Source: Phoronis australis (Eukaryota > Animalia > Phoronida). From it: a DNA stretch of 64,000 nucleotides. The stretch is from contig NMRA01000625.1 in the NCBI GenBank assembly GCA_002633005.1, forward strand, positions 178,895 to 242,894, written 5' to 3'. Made by a program: the position numbers and the translations under genes. Each line of letters begins with the position of its first letter. Position 1 is the stretch's first letter. Shown here piece after piece: positions 49,901 through 62,881 of this stretch. A model generated the notes under the pieces. The model did not search any database and had not been told where the DNA came from. It saw only the letters and a program-made list of their open reading frames with translations.

Positions 49901-52900
49901 TTCCTTCATACTAAGTACACCGTTGCCATCTGTGTCCAAACTGCGGAACTTCTTGGTGTACAGCTCCCTCTGTTGGTCACTGATGAAGGAGTACATGTAG
50001 AGATCTGACAACTGAAAGAGGGAGTAAAATTAAGATAAATCAATTAAATGGAAGTAATTTCTCTACATCAATTTTACCAGTCACAAAATATGGGTCCTTG
50101 TACAATGAAGAACAGCCGCCTCTTGAACTCAACTCTACTCTTTCACAGAATTACAGAAAAATAAATTGGTCGGTAAAAATTTCATAGCTAATGTCGACAA
50201 AAAGGAAGCTTAAGTCCCAACCGATCCACCTTCATCAATTGTTTATCAGAATTTCAGTAAAACAATACTCTAGTTTTACAGTAACTGTAAAATAGAGATG
50301 AGCATGGCAGCAGTGCACAACTATGGGATGAGTGCTTAACTAAAGCATAGCATTGTGGGTAAACAGTCAAGAATCTGAAATGGCACTGGGGTATTTCAGG
50401 ATGAAGCTGTTGGTCTTTGGATCACATCACTGCTATTGTATTGTAGTTGCCACATCAGGCAAATTTTTTAAACTCAAAGTGTGCATGAAGCATCAGTCTT
50501 CACCACAAGATTCAAATAGGTATCCTCTAATGATTCCAATCAGACAATTTTAATTACACACTCAGGTAACAGATTCATGTTTGTGAACCAAGTGCGTGTG
50601 TGCTGTAAGACTCAGATTCAAAGCAAGCACATGTTGTAACGGTTTACTTTCTGTGTCAATTTTGACGCTTTAGAACAAGTCAATTTTTTGTACAGTAATG
50701 ACAGACAAGCCCACTGGAAACACAAAAATTGATAAAAACAATGTTTCAGTACAGTCAGGCAAGGTTGGTTTGTAACTACGCCAGCTAAACACAGAGAGAA
50801 ATAATTATTCCACGCTCAGTGTGATGTTGTCTCCACCATTACACCAGGAAATTGGGCAAAACAAAAATCAGAGCAAGTATAAGTGTATCGGGCCGTTTTT
50901 CAAATTCGCCATAATTGTATAATCATTATGGCATCTCACCCCCATGGCATCAGATGCTGGTTTTAATGATTCAGTCCTCTTGCGGAAGATGGTCATTGCA
51001 TCTTTTGTTTCTTCCTCTGTCATTTCATCATCATCATCTAAAAAATAACCAGTAATTCAGTCCAACCATCACCATGCAAGGGTAATTTAGAAATAAAGTG
51101 AAAGTTAATGGTCAAATAACCTACTTGATCAGCTAACAAACCACAAACCAAATGAATGCATCTACAGGTGCTGCTAAACACAAACAATTCCTGAACTACC
51201 ACTAAGAAATTAGCGTATCTTAAAAGTTTTAAAAGTAAACTACTTTCTTCAAAACTTCTCCAATAAAACATTAAAGTAACTAAATTTGAATCACCTAGCA
51301 ACCTTGACATGACTGCCTTAACAACTTACACCCCCCTCACCCTCAGATCTCCTGCTAGCAGCCCATTCCATACCCAGCCCATTCCATACCCTTCTGTTTT
51401 TAATGCAATAAGCCTAATATGGTGGAAATAATCACAGGACACTACATTTTAACATTAAGATTAACACGCTCACTTAACTCAGGCATGTCTTTTATGAATA
51501 GACTTGACTTGCTGCTAGGCTGGGACATACCTTGCTAATGCCAGAATTATTGACATGCTAACAGAGGCCTTGCAATAGTTCAGTTAATAATAAGTTACTT
51601 GAGACTAACTACCCACTTCCCTACCCACAATTCTTACCATCCCCAAAGAGGCCCTCTGCATCTTCATCGTCCGCCTCTAACTCCTCGGGGAATACCCATC
51701 CAGAAGTGCCCTTCAGGTGATCCACGTTGAACAACTTGTTTTCCAGTGCCTTCAGCGTGTTGTTTAATGCGTCCATGTCAAAACTGCTGCTGCCACCTGT
51801 CATGTAGTCCTCAAGGCTCAAAACAACCGGTTCAGGTTCGGGGGGTGGCTCTGGCTCTGGTTCAGGAGGCCGCGAGAAATCTACATTCATCACACTGAAA
51901 GTTATGATGACAAATTTAAGGTCAAGTAGGACCTAGAAAAATTTCAATTTTGGCCAACTTCTGGCAATCATATCTCAGAAATGGCTGATTTAAATTACAT
52001 GAAACTTTTAGATACTATGCTTTATATATTTTTCAAAAATGCTGTTAGGTATTTATTTTTAAAATGTTTCACTTTTGCCTGAGGGGCTATCAAACACTAG
52101 GATTTACGTGGTTTTTGTGAAATTAAAAAGTTTTTCATTAAAAGTAGAGATTTATCACTTTTTTCTTGCCTTCAACACCAATACTTTTTTGCTTACAGCA
52201 AAGTCTCACTAACTTAGGACAAAAAATGGCGGAAAAGTGAAACTTTACTTTATGATCTTTCCATGATAGTATGTAGCAATGAAGAAATGCTGTTACACGT
52301 TTGAGGTGTGTAACATAGATACCACAACACAATATTCTAAAAATTGGGCACATTTACAATAATGTTAGAAGCCTTTGAAAAATGAAAAAATGTCTATTTT
52401 GGTAATTATTTTTGTCTGATACTGATGAGATGATTTACCGTAGCTAACATAATGTACATATTACTCACTCCTCTTTATTTGGCTGGTACAATTCCCTGTC
52501 AATCTTGAAAGCTGCTCCAAAATTGGATTCACTAAACTCTTTGCTCTTGTCATTGCTTTCCTCGGCTTCTTCAACCCTCTCTAAACGTCTTTTGTCCGTT
52601 TCCCCCAGTATCTTGACAGACTGCTCTGTATCGTCTGCTTCTTTGCTTTCACTGTTAATATCGTCTGCTTGTTTGCTATCACTGTCAATATTGCCTGCTT
52701 CCACTGTTCCAGCAGTGGTATCACCCAACTCCTCATGATCATTGACACCAGTATTTTCAACTTGTTCATCATTTACATTAATATTACTATTATTATTATC
52801 ATCATTTATCACAAAACTATCATGGTTGTCCGAAAAGTGAACGGTCTTTCCACTCTTTCCTTTGACAGCAATTTCTTCATCATCATTAATATAATATACA

Positions 52901-55900
52901 CTGTTAACGTCCTTATTGGTATGACTGATCTGGGTCACTGGCGTGTTGACCCGCTTGACTGACCCCACTCTGGGGTGACTGTAATAATCGGAAGTTTCTG
53001 AAAAAAATCAGCACATCTGCAACATTGTATAACCCTTCATAGTTTTCAAACAGTAAAGAGAAATAGTTGTTGAAAATAGTAAAATGGTGCAATGCAGAAG
53101 CAAAGTGTACTATGTGAACCTCATAATTATGAACAATCAGTTTTTAAGAAATGAAATATGAAATTATAGTTAAGGTTATGTGTAAATATAGAAAAATGCT
53201 AAATTTTGAATAACTTCAAAAACCACATAAAAAACAACAAAAGTTGCATAAACAAAAGCACAGAAAACTATTGACAATTATTTCCCAATTGCACCTCAAA
53301 TGTTCATGTTTCACAAGAAATAAGAAATTGTTCATGTTATTGATAGGATTGTTTTTCTGTGAATGTTCCTTTTTTCCCCAAATTTTATAAAAGACATGCT
53401 CACATGTTCCAATCAATGATTGAATAGCAAAAGTCCACACTAAATTAACTACTAAACCATTTCTTCTTGCAAAAGTCCACACTAAATTAACTACTAAACC
53501 ATTTCTTCTTGCAAAAGTCCACACTAAATTAACTACTAAACCATTTCTTCTTGCAAAAGTCCACACTAAATTAACTACTAAACCATTTCTTCTTACTCAA
53601 AATATTTACTTGTACTATGATCTTAAACTTTAAATTTACAGTTTTGTAGCTATTTGGAAATACAAAAAGACGATGGTAAACCATTTACACAAAACCTTAA
53701 ATGAAGAAATGAGAAAAAATAGACCAATAGAGGTCACTCTTTTAAGCACTCGCGTGAAAACAAAAGACAAGCAATGTATTAATATAGAAGAGACTAGCTG
53801 TCCTAAAGTAGACAAGAAGTAGAACATATCAATTTAAAATCAACGTCACTGTTAGTAAACAAAACATGGACATAGAAGGTAGATACAAAAACTACAAACT
53901 CAACAAAACAAAACACTTTCAAATCCTTCAAGTTAACTGTAAGTTTATCTCTATTCAAAAGCACCAAAAATGTTACTTGAAGCTGATTCTAAGAAACAAA
54001 TTCTTGAGTTATGCCACCTGCAGCTATGAAAAGTGTACTAATATTGTTCCTTATATCCATAAGAGGTCTTCTCCGTGCATAGAAAGAAATTGCTGACTTG
54101 GCAATGCTTAGGACCAAGCTCCATTCCGGGCTTGGCTATTCAAACCCCATAGGGGGTAACCAATCTATTATCTTCTCAGTCAGGACCACAAACCCTTTAT
54201 TGAGTTGTGATTAGTTACACATTAGCCAACTGGGACAGTTTTGTGACTAAAAGTAGAGCTCACAATAACTACTGTCACAGAATTCCCATGTCAACTTCAA
54301 AAGGCCCATTGTGTTTGAATGACACCCACAACTTACAACCCTCCACAACATTGCAAGCCACTATGAGGACTAGTTACCCCCTCCATGCCAAAAATGGTTG
54401 AGCCCGTTCTCTAGCAATAACAAAAGTTAACACACCTCTTTACAAGCCCAGAAGCCACATACAATTTGACTAATGATTCACTACTGTAAGCCACTAAATC
54501 AAAAGTTAGTTTGTTAACAAGTGGGTTATAGAACCGTTCACTACAATACAACAAAATTACAGTACATGAAAATTGATAAAAACATCAAATGAGTTTAAAT
54601 GAAATTAACATAATTTAGAGGGAGACAGCCACGCAACCACCTGTTATTATCAATTAATAATGATCGAAACAACAAAATTGTTAAAACAGTGACAATCTGA
54701 TGAATTTTCAAATCAACAAAATGAAGAATTCTACACATTCAACAACAAGGGAATACATAAACGTCTACCTCTATGCTGGATTTGAATTCTAAAATACCAA
54801 ATAAAGTTATTCACATACATTGCTGGCATGGAAATGGTAACTTTGAATCTCATTTCTACATCTACATTTTCTAACTGACATTTCTTAACTTATTAAGAAG
54901 TCAAATAACTTGGCTGATTCTGAGCATGAACAGAATCCTCCATTCTCATTTGACACCCTCAATAGTGAAGATTGGGCAACTCAACTGCATGGTTTGCGTA
55001 CTGCTATATCTGGCACAAAGATCAAAGATACCATTCAATTGTATGCAATTACATCGCTTCTGGAGGCCACAGGTTGTCGATGTTATCATTCTCTAGATAA
55101 TTGGACCCATCACAAACACACTGAGGGGGACAAAAATATTTTAAAATTTTTGTTTTGAGAGTTTTTAAATAGCATAGTTGAATAATGATGTAAGAAGTGG
55201 TAACTACTAGAAGTTTTTGAATTTTGAAAATCAGAAATGTGACTTTTACAACCTAAAACTTAAGTACAATGTTGCCACATTACGATTTTCATAAATTCTG
55301 CTGAATGTGCAACATAATTGGGCCCATTACCAAACCACAAGGCAGCAGTTGGATTCTGAGGTAAGCCAAGTGTCATCGTACAATTCTTGGCATGGACTAT
55401 TTATTACAGGCTCTGCGATGGACTCCACCCTGAGATGACTGCATAGGAAGAGACGCTCTACGGAGATACACGAGATGTTACCTGATGGCATGCACTCAGG
55501 CAAGACGTGACTTTCCTATCTCAGCTAAAAGACACACGTTAACACCAAACAGTCCCATGTTGTAGAGCACCATGCAAATGATTAAACAAAGAGATTACAG
55601 CAGATTCTTCAATTTGGGACTAAAATAATTGCAAAATTGTCATATTTCTAATTTTGAGAGGCTCACCACATTGTTGCAAGTGCTCAAAATTTTCCTGAAA
55701 AGTTATTTTTGTAATTAGAAACTTGATAAAATGAGATTGCACCTATAATTTGCCATATTGTGTCCCAGATTGAAGATTTTTTATCGTAACTTTTACTACA
55801 CGCAGAAAATACAGCCATGGTGAGATGGATGGGCCATAAAATGTACCCAAATGATACATGTAGCATGTCACCACAAGCCTAAACATTACACAAAAAGTTA

Positions 55901-58900
55901 TTAATAGTTCAGATACAAAAATGTCACCAAACTGCCAATATTTTCATGACAACCCTAACCCAAAGCAGCAATCTACCTTTGTTTGTCAGGAAGACATTAT
56001 CTCCCCTGTCGTTGGCTACGAGTGGTAAATGACCACCTGGTGTTGACTGTTCACCTCCCTGAAATAAAAAACATTTAACACTTATTGGTAATGCACTTTT
56101 CCAATTGACCTCAGTTGTGCTCTCCAAACAAAAAATTAAAACTCAACAGGAATTCCAAAATTCATGAACACGTTGGCAGAGTGCTATTATACTTTAAGGT
56201 TACAGCATAACTCAAGTGAAATTTGGAATCAGTATCACAAACTGGTACAAATATTCAAAATGACCTGTTTGCTGAAAGAATTTTGTTGAATCGTTTTTCA
56301 ACTCGACGCGGAAGAGTCAAAGTACTCACATCAAAATCAATTAAAACTGTTACCAAAACAAGTTATGGAGAACACAAATTAAGGACACTAAGCAGTTTTT
56401 GTTCCTTTTTGACTCAAAAGCACAATGAAATAACTTTATCTTGCAATCGTAGCCATAAAGTGAATAAAAGGACTAGCCTGCCTCCCAACTAATTCAGAGT
56501 TCAACTTTCAACAACAAAGATTGCCAGCCCACTCTTAGTATTAAGTTTTGACATACTAGTAAGTTGTAGATGCCTTCGGGTTTAAAGCAAACCAACTTCC
56601 TAAACAGGTGAGCACTGCATACCAGTTTGAATGATTCAGATCAATGAACAATTGGCCATAATTTTTCTTGAAGCATTATAAGTTCCTGAACCAAATTTTA
56701 GTTCAATTTAGGAATTAGAGGAATATCATACTAAGCCTCACTAATAACCTGTTCTTCAAAGCTTAAAGTGTACAGTGTGTTACGCTTCAATTCAAAAGTT
56801 ACTTAAACAATGTATATGGTAACGCATTATGAATGATCAAAAACAATCACTCGAACAAGTTAGTGTACCTTGTATTTTCTAGGAATAACCATAATGTTAA
56901 ATACAGAAAGTAATGAGACAATCCAAATCATACTGAAGCATATCTTGTGTGAAAATTTGTGCCAGTGGTAATGAAGAATGTCTGGCATTTTTGCTCTAAG
57001 TTGACTAAATTCAAAGAAAACGTGTTGTGCATAAACACATGAAGGCAGTTTTGAAGTGCTGTGCAACCAGTGTCAAATTGTCAACAATTCATGTAAAAGT
57101 GGGACAAGACATTTTTGAGACCATGATTCTTGAGATGGATACACATAGTGAAGCACTATTCACTGGTTTAATTCAGGAATTATCAAACTTAAAAAATTTT
57201 AAAAACGAACCCAACTTGCAATGTTTGAAAAAACACAGCGGTAAAATCTCACCAATTTTGGGAAAAATAACCACCAAAATAGCCATTTCTCCATTTTTCA
57301 AAAACTTCTAATGTTGTTGAGAATCAGGGATCAATTTGGAAAACCGGAGTATGTGTAAACTGACTTATAGGACCTCAAATCTTTCTAAGCCAATTTGGAG
57401 GATCAATAAATCACGTAATTTTTTGGCTTTTTTCTTCCAATTTTAATGGGCCCCGATAGCCACCCAACAGTTAAGCGACCACAATGCACCAATAAAATTA
57501 GTTTTGCACCAATGAAGTGGTCTACCATATTGTGTCCTAAATCGGTGAGATTTAACCTATAACAAAGCATAGTGCATTCCACCTCCCGAGGTACACGCTT
57601 AATTCCTTTTCTGTTTTGGAAGACTTTTGGAAAGCAGGTTTCTAATATCTGTGATATGTCTTGTCCCCATAAACCAGAACAGTGTAGAAAACATAATTCA
57701 TGCAGGCATTGAAGATATCTTACCCATAAACCTGATATTGAGAGCCAGTTGAAAAAGGCATTTTATGAATGACAGTACTTTGAACGTTAAATCAGCAATT
57801 AATAATCAGTAACTAAAATCTTTTTAGCAATTTAAACATATTATGAGCAACTTTCATAAGATAAGAAATAAACAATAAATGGTCCGTTAGTGAAAATTTA
57901 TACAAGCACAAGAACATGTCACTGAGTTCACTAGTGGCATATTATCATTGCAGCTGAACTTTGATACATTACAATTGACAAATAACAAACTTCCACGTTT
58001 TAAAATCAGGACTCCATAAGGACAATTTTCAGTTCAAATTTTCTAACCTGACATCTCAGGTAACTTACCTCAATATGTTCTCCATCTGGTTTATAATCCA
58101 ACATGGCCACTGCATCTGAATACCTTAATGTGAAGTAAGTAAAAAGCAAGGTTCATCAACGCACACAGTAGGAATTCACACATGACAGGAGAGCAGACGT
58201 GGTGCATTGCATTGTGGGTAGCAAGAAAGGACAAAGGACCAGATTAAAAAGGACAGAGTTCAAACAATTTCCAAAATGAGTACGTACTCTGAATGTTCAA
58301 AAAGTTGAAAAATGAACAAAAACATAATAATAAAAACCTGCAACTGATCACTGGGTGTAACAATATCTCTAAAATTTTTTATTTTACTTTTCGTAGAAAG
58401 CACTTCCCTCAGTTCAGAATAACAGAGTGACTGAGTTTCATTGGTTGAAAGATATCATCAAAACAGGAATACTTCGAAAATTACAGCCTATACGTATTTT
58501 GTTTTGGCATATCGCTTTCATAGTTTATGAAGTGTAAACTGGGCTACCATTCAATATTGCGTGACACTTTAAGGGGGCTAACATGAAATTTAAAATTAAA
58601 CAACCTATAGTACATTCCGTTTGTTTTGCATAAAATTGTTGAAAGAGCATCACTTTTGAATAAGTTCAACTAAATTGGTTTGTGAATTCCTTTTATGAAG
58701 TTTTTAAATAAAGTGGAAAGAACATCATTGACAGTTCAAAATGTTCAAATTTCTACACACAGTTGATGACTTTGGCTAGAATTGAATTGGATACGACTTG
58801 GAAAACAAGGACATCTAAAATGTAAGCAGATAGAGAAAGAGAGATGTTGAGAAATTGGTCCTGAGCAAATAGCAGCGTGACTGCGTAGTCTAAGGCAAAA

Positions 58901-61900
58901 AAACTCAAGCGTGCACTATGATAATATGATGAACATATTACAAGAATGCTGAAAATATCAAGTAAAATGATGTACGAAACATACGAAAATTTAATACCAA
59001 TTAATACACTTTGCGAATGTAACACTCAATTTGACATGGAATGAGCACAAAAAGACTCTATAGATACAGTTGTAGACAAGGTGATTGACTGACTTCATTA
59101 ATGTACCAATTTGATTGTAAATAGTTCATCTAGACATGTGAACAGCTTGGCAATTGAGCGTTAATGGAAAGTTACACTATTTAATTGATTTGAGTGTTTA
59201 CCTAGCAAGTGATATACCTTTTGAAAAGAAACGCCTTCAATAATCAATATCTCTTGCAAACATAGACTGTGACAGTTTGATATGTAACAGTCTTACGCTA
59301 CATGTGATGGAGACTGATATGAACGGTTTAGCCAAAAAGGGTATAGAACTGACTTACGGGAATTGTACTTCCCATATCCTTATAGAGAAAGCACAAAAAG
59401 CACTCAGTGCTGTAAATGATTACACAGTCTGTGAATCAGTAAAACACAAAATTTTAAAGTCAGAGAGTTGATGCAAAACTTAAGTTAGGAGAATGTCGTT
59501 GAAGAATTCCACAAATTACGTGAAATGGCCATGATGCAAACTCAAGGTCTTCATGGACTATAAAGCGAACATTGTGCACACTGAGGTTCTTCATGAACTG
59601 TAAACTGGGCATGGAAAAAACTGAGGGTTTTCAGGGACTACAAACTGGACATGGTGTAAACAGAGGGTTTTCAGGGACTATAACTGGACATGGTGCATTA
59701 AACAGGGCTTTCATGGACTGTAAACGGGACATGCATGGTGTTTACTGAGGGTCTTTGTGGACTATACACTGGACATGGTACAAACTGAGGGATTATACAC
59801 AGGGCATAGTACAAACAACTAAGTCTTCAAGGATTATACACTAGACAATGACTTTCATAACCGATTTGAACAGGCTATTACCCACTCATGCTGTTTGGGC
59901 TATTGCCCTGGTAATGAAAATGATTGTCTTGTTGTCTTAACACCACCAGCTTAATGTGCATGAAATTCCATGTCATCTGCCAAACAAACCTGTGGTTTGC
60001 TAAGGAGTTTCGACCGACCTGAGTGGGTGTGCTGGCTACTTGGGATGGTCCGTATCATGATAAAATAGCAGCATGAACCCGACTATAACAAACTTACCTT
60101 GATTTAGCGCTATTTTGCCTCTCTGTGTGTTGCTTTCGCAGCTTGGCGAGTTCATCTTCATCAAATTCATACTTGCCCCGTAGCGCCATCTGACTTCCTG
60201 TCATGTAGTAACGACGGTCTTGCCTATGGGACATTATCTAAAAAATTGCGAATCCAGCAATGATGCCAATTACAATGAACAACAGATTAGTATTATGTTG
60301 ATATTATGTTAATATTATGTTGATATTATGTTAATATTATGTTAACATTATGTTGATATTATGTTGATATTCAATATGTCAATATCAACAATAGCTTGAA
60401 GACTCTATGAATAAATTAAGCTACCCTAGTGACGACAGCAAATAACTGCCTTCAAAGTGAACATGCATCATAAAACAGACGAGTCAACATTTGACAATTA
60501 ATGGCATGGTTTGCTGGGGTTCATCAAAATACTACTACTAAGAGCCGGCAACAATTAATCACAGTTATACTATATCCGTCTGAAAAGCAACTTTCCAAGA
60601 GAGTGCGCTAGGTACTTATTTTATTACAAACTGTAACACTACAAAAAGATGTGAAGAACAACAAAAACAACTGTCATTGAGTTAGATCACATATTGTGCT
60701 TTAGATTTTCGGCTTGGAGGGGGTAACTAGTCCACACGGTGGCTTAGAATTCTTGGGGACTCTTGTATAATCATGAGTGTTGTTCACACACAATACATTT
60801 TTTGAAAATGACATGCAAGGTCAGTGAATGTAGCTCTTTGTGAGCCCTGTTCTTAGGCACACAGCTATCCCAGTAGGACTATAAACACAGCTTCTTAAAG
60901 GGTTTATGGTCCTGGCTGAGAAGACAATTGTTTTACTATCCCCTTATATTTAGAATAGCTGAGCCCAGAATGGTGATGAACAACAAAACCAGTTGTTGTC
61001 AGTTCAAACTTGGATTAAACAAATGTAATATTTGCTTTATCTTAACTCCCGCAGCTTACTTCAGATGTTCGCTTCATTTCTCGAGACCGCTCTTTAGCCT
61101 CTTGCTCAGCTTGAATCCTCTCTTTCTGCGTCATGTGACTCCAGATTGGAGAATTACTGGTTGCAGAAAATGACGGACTGACAGGAGTTTTGAGTCTACC
61201 AGCGTCTTTACTCTCAACTGGCTGAAATAATAATTTTGGTAAAAAATAGTTTAAAAATAATCCGTGCATATTTATCATCAGTGCATATGGCAAATGGTTC
61301 TTTTTAACACAATGAACTGAGCATGTATCAGACACATAAAACCTGGAGAGGACAGCATAGGTTACTACTGTACAGTAAAAGTTCTCCATTTTGAACAAAA
61401 ATAACTGCGAAAATTTCCATATTTCTATTTTTCAGAGGTGTACAGCATTGCTGCGAATGCTCATTTTTTACCAAATGTTGTTTGATAATATGTGCATCAT
61501 ACAAACCACGCTAAAAGCAAAGTAAATTTTACTGAAAGTTATTTTGTTGAGAAATTTGGCAAAACAAAATTTTATCTGTCAGCCAAATTTTGTATCCCAA
61601 ATCAAGACTTTTTTACCGTATTTGTAATCTGCAGCTGATTACAAACAGCTTGACTGTGAACTCTGAGAATTTTACAAACACAACACACAACATTTGTTTA
61701 GTTCTCTTCAAATAGTGCCACCAACTTTGCTCTACAGATCATTCACAATTCAACATTCAGTGGAACTTTTAACATAATGTTTAGGAATAATACACTACCC
61801 GTGAGACCATAACAAACCGTTAATAACCCAAGTATTTTTTTGTGAAATTTAGTTGCTTATGAATGAAACTGTATGAAACTGTATCTATCAACACATGTTT

Positions 61901-62056
61901 AAACATGAGAGTCCAATCAGTTGTTACTGTGGTGTTCTAAACAACGGCTTTCAGTGCTGAGCTCAATCACACGGAGATGAAACCATCAGTAATACTAACC
62001 ACAAATCTCTCGCCATGTAGTGCCACTGACTTTGCACTGCCAGGAGAGCGAGACAT
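46931..62056 (-). CDS. Uncharacterised protein with a long acidic/low-complexity N-terminal region and four C-terminal EF-hands, about 681 aa, 13 exons
   Basis: Phase-consistent exons: 62056(ATG)-62000, 61221-61060, 60237-60098, 58123-58069, 56058-55977, 52997-52469, 51894-51638, 51037-50940, 50011-49844 (DTDGNGVLSMKE), 49309-49224 (DLNKDKTIDLNE), 48472-48403, 47697-47547 (DEDFSGKISLNE; DKDRNG), 47121-46931 (YIEFVE...DIWADD*). The true 5' end is uncertain because the 62108-62000 exon has its own splice acceptor. Confidence 0.82.
47191..47364. repeat. 44-bp tandem repeat, 4 copies, in the last intron of the EF-hand gene
   Basis: Unit acaggcaggtactgccagacaaccagtgagatggtgtctagacg. Confidence 0.95.
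47896..48130. mobile_element. Family A repeat
   Basis: tacggtaaaaaaatcttcagt...ggacaggggaaatttcattttgtcaaattt. Confidence 0.7.
49356..49590. mobile_element. Family A repeat with both inverted ends partly retained
   Basis: Starts tacggtaaaaattctt; ends cacctgtccaccatattgttcaccaaactgaaaaatatttacc. Confidence 0.6.
51917..52095. mobile_element. Family B repeat (reverse orientation)
   Basis: taaggtcaagtaggacc...catgaaacttttagatactatgc...tgaggggctatcaa. Confidence 0.65.
53427..53594. repeat. 42-bp perfect tandem repeat, 4 copies
   Basis: Unit gcaaaagtccacactaaattaactactaaaccatttcttctt. Confidence 0.95.
59526..59848. repeat. Degenerate minisatellite of about 39-40 bp, about 8 copies
   Basis: Approximate consensus tggacatggtgcaaactgagggtcttcatggactataaac. 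Confidence 0.85.
60291..60371. repeat. 11-bp tandem repeat (tattatgttRa), about 7 copies
   Basis: Directly visible. Confidence 0.9.
60718..60967. mobile_element. MITE-like repeat, family C (copy 2)
   Basis: Colinear with 9611-9860. Confidence 0.7.
61400..61620. mobile_element. Family A repeat (reverse orientation)
   Basis: Ends ...gacttttttaccgta; internal catacaaaccacgctaaa...aaagttattttgttg. Confidence 0.6.
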
Positions 62057-62881
62057 CCTCTGTTCACTCACATGTAGTAACGGAAGCTGTTTCACACGAC
62101 TGGTTGAGCTGAAAAAAAGTAAAATCCTTCTCTGATACATTTTCATTAAAAACTAACAATAGAGAATTAATTCTAATTAGTCATAAACCAAACCAAAGTA
62201 CATGAAACTTCTTTTTGAAGAAACTTCTTTCAACAAGACATTTTAACAGACGATTAAAAGACTTTCAAGTTCCGCTGTCACATCAGATGAATTCCTAACC
62301 AAAACATGTTGGTGTTTAAACACTTTCTACCACATTCCAGTGTCCACTCCAATCTTGAGTCATTGCCAAATGAGCCAGGAACACAAGTCGTAAGATATGC
62401 GTATATGCATCATTTTCAAATTCGCAGTTTAGGGTTGGTCAACATTAAGAGAAACATTTTATGAGATTAGGGGGCCTAATTTGATTTTTTTATTTTTAGC
62501 CAACAAAACAACGTGAAACAACTTTAATTAATTTTTGAATTTCCGGTGCTCAAAACTAAATAAGTGAACTTTCAAAAATGGTTTTAAAAGAAAAGAGACA
62601 CGGATTGAAAAATAGTCATCTTCTACGTGTACTTGACATTTCAAGTAAAAAGAAAGATTTATCTTAGAACAAGATGTCCATTTTTAAATTAAAGGAGTCT
62701 ATATAAGGAGTTGATAAATAACACAAGAAGCACACAGCAAAAATATATCCAAAAATCACCATAACACAACAGTTACTGCAGTGCTTTGTGAATACCGTAA
62801 TCGTTCGGGTTAACGCCCATGCTCAGTTAACCGCCCACCCCTACTTTAGGTGGATTTTCGATTTAACAAGGAGGTGCTTAC

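Noticed and set aside
53216-53566. ORF with repeated WTFARRNGLVVNLV
   Set aside because: Artefact of the 42-bp intronic tandem repeat.
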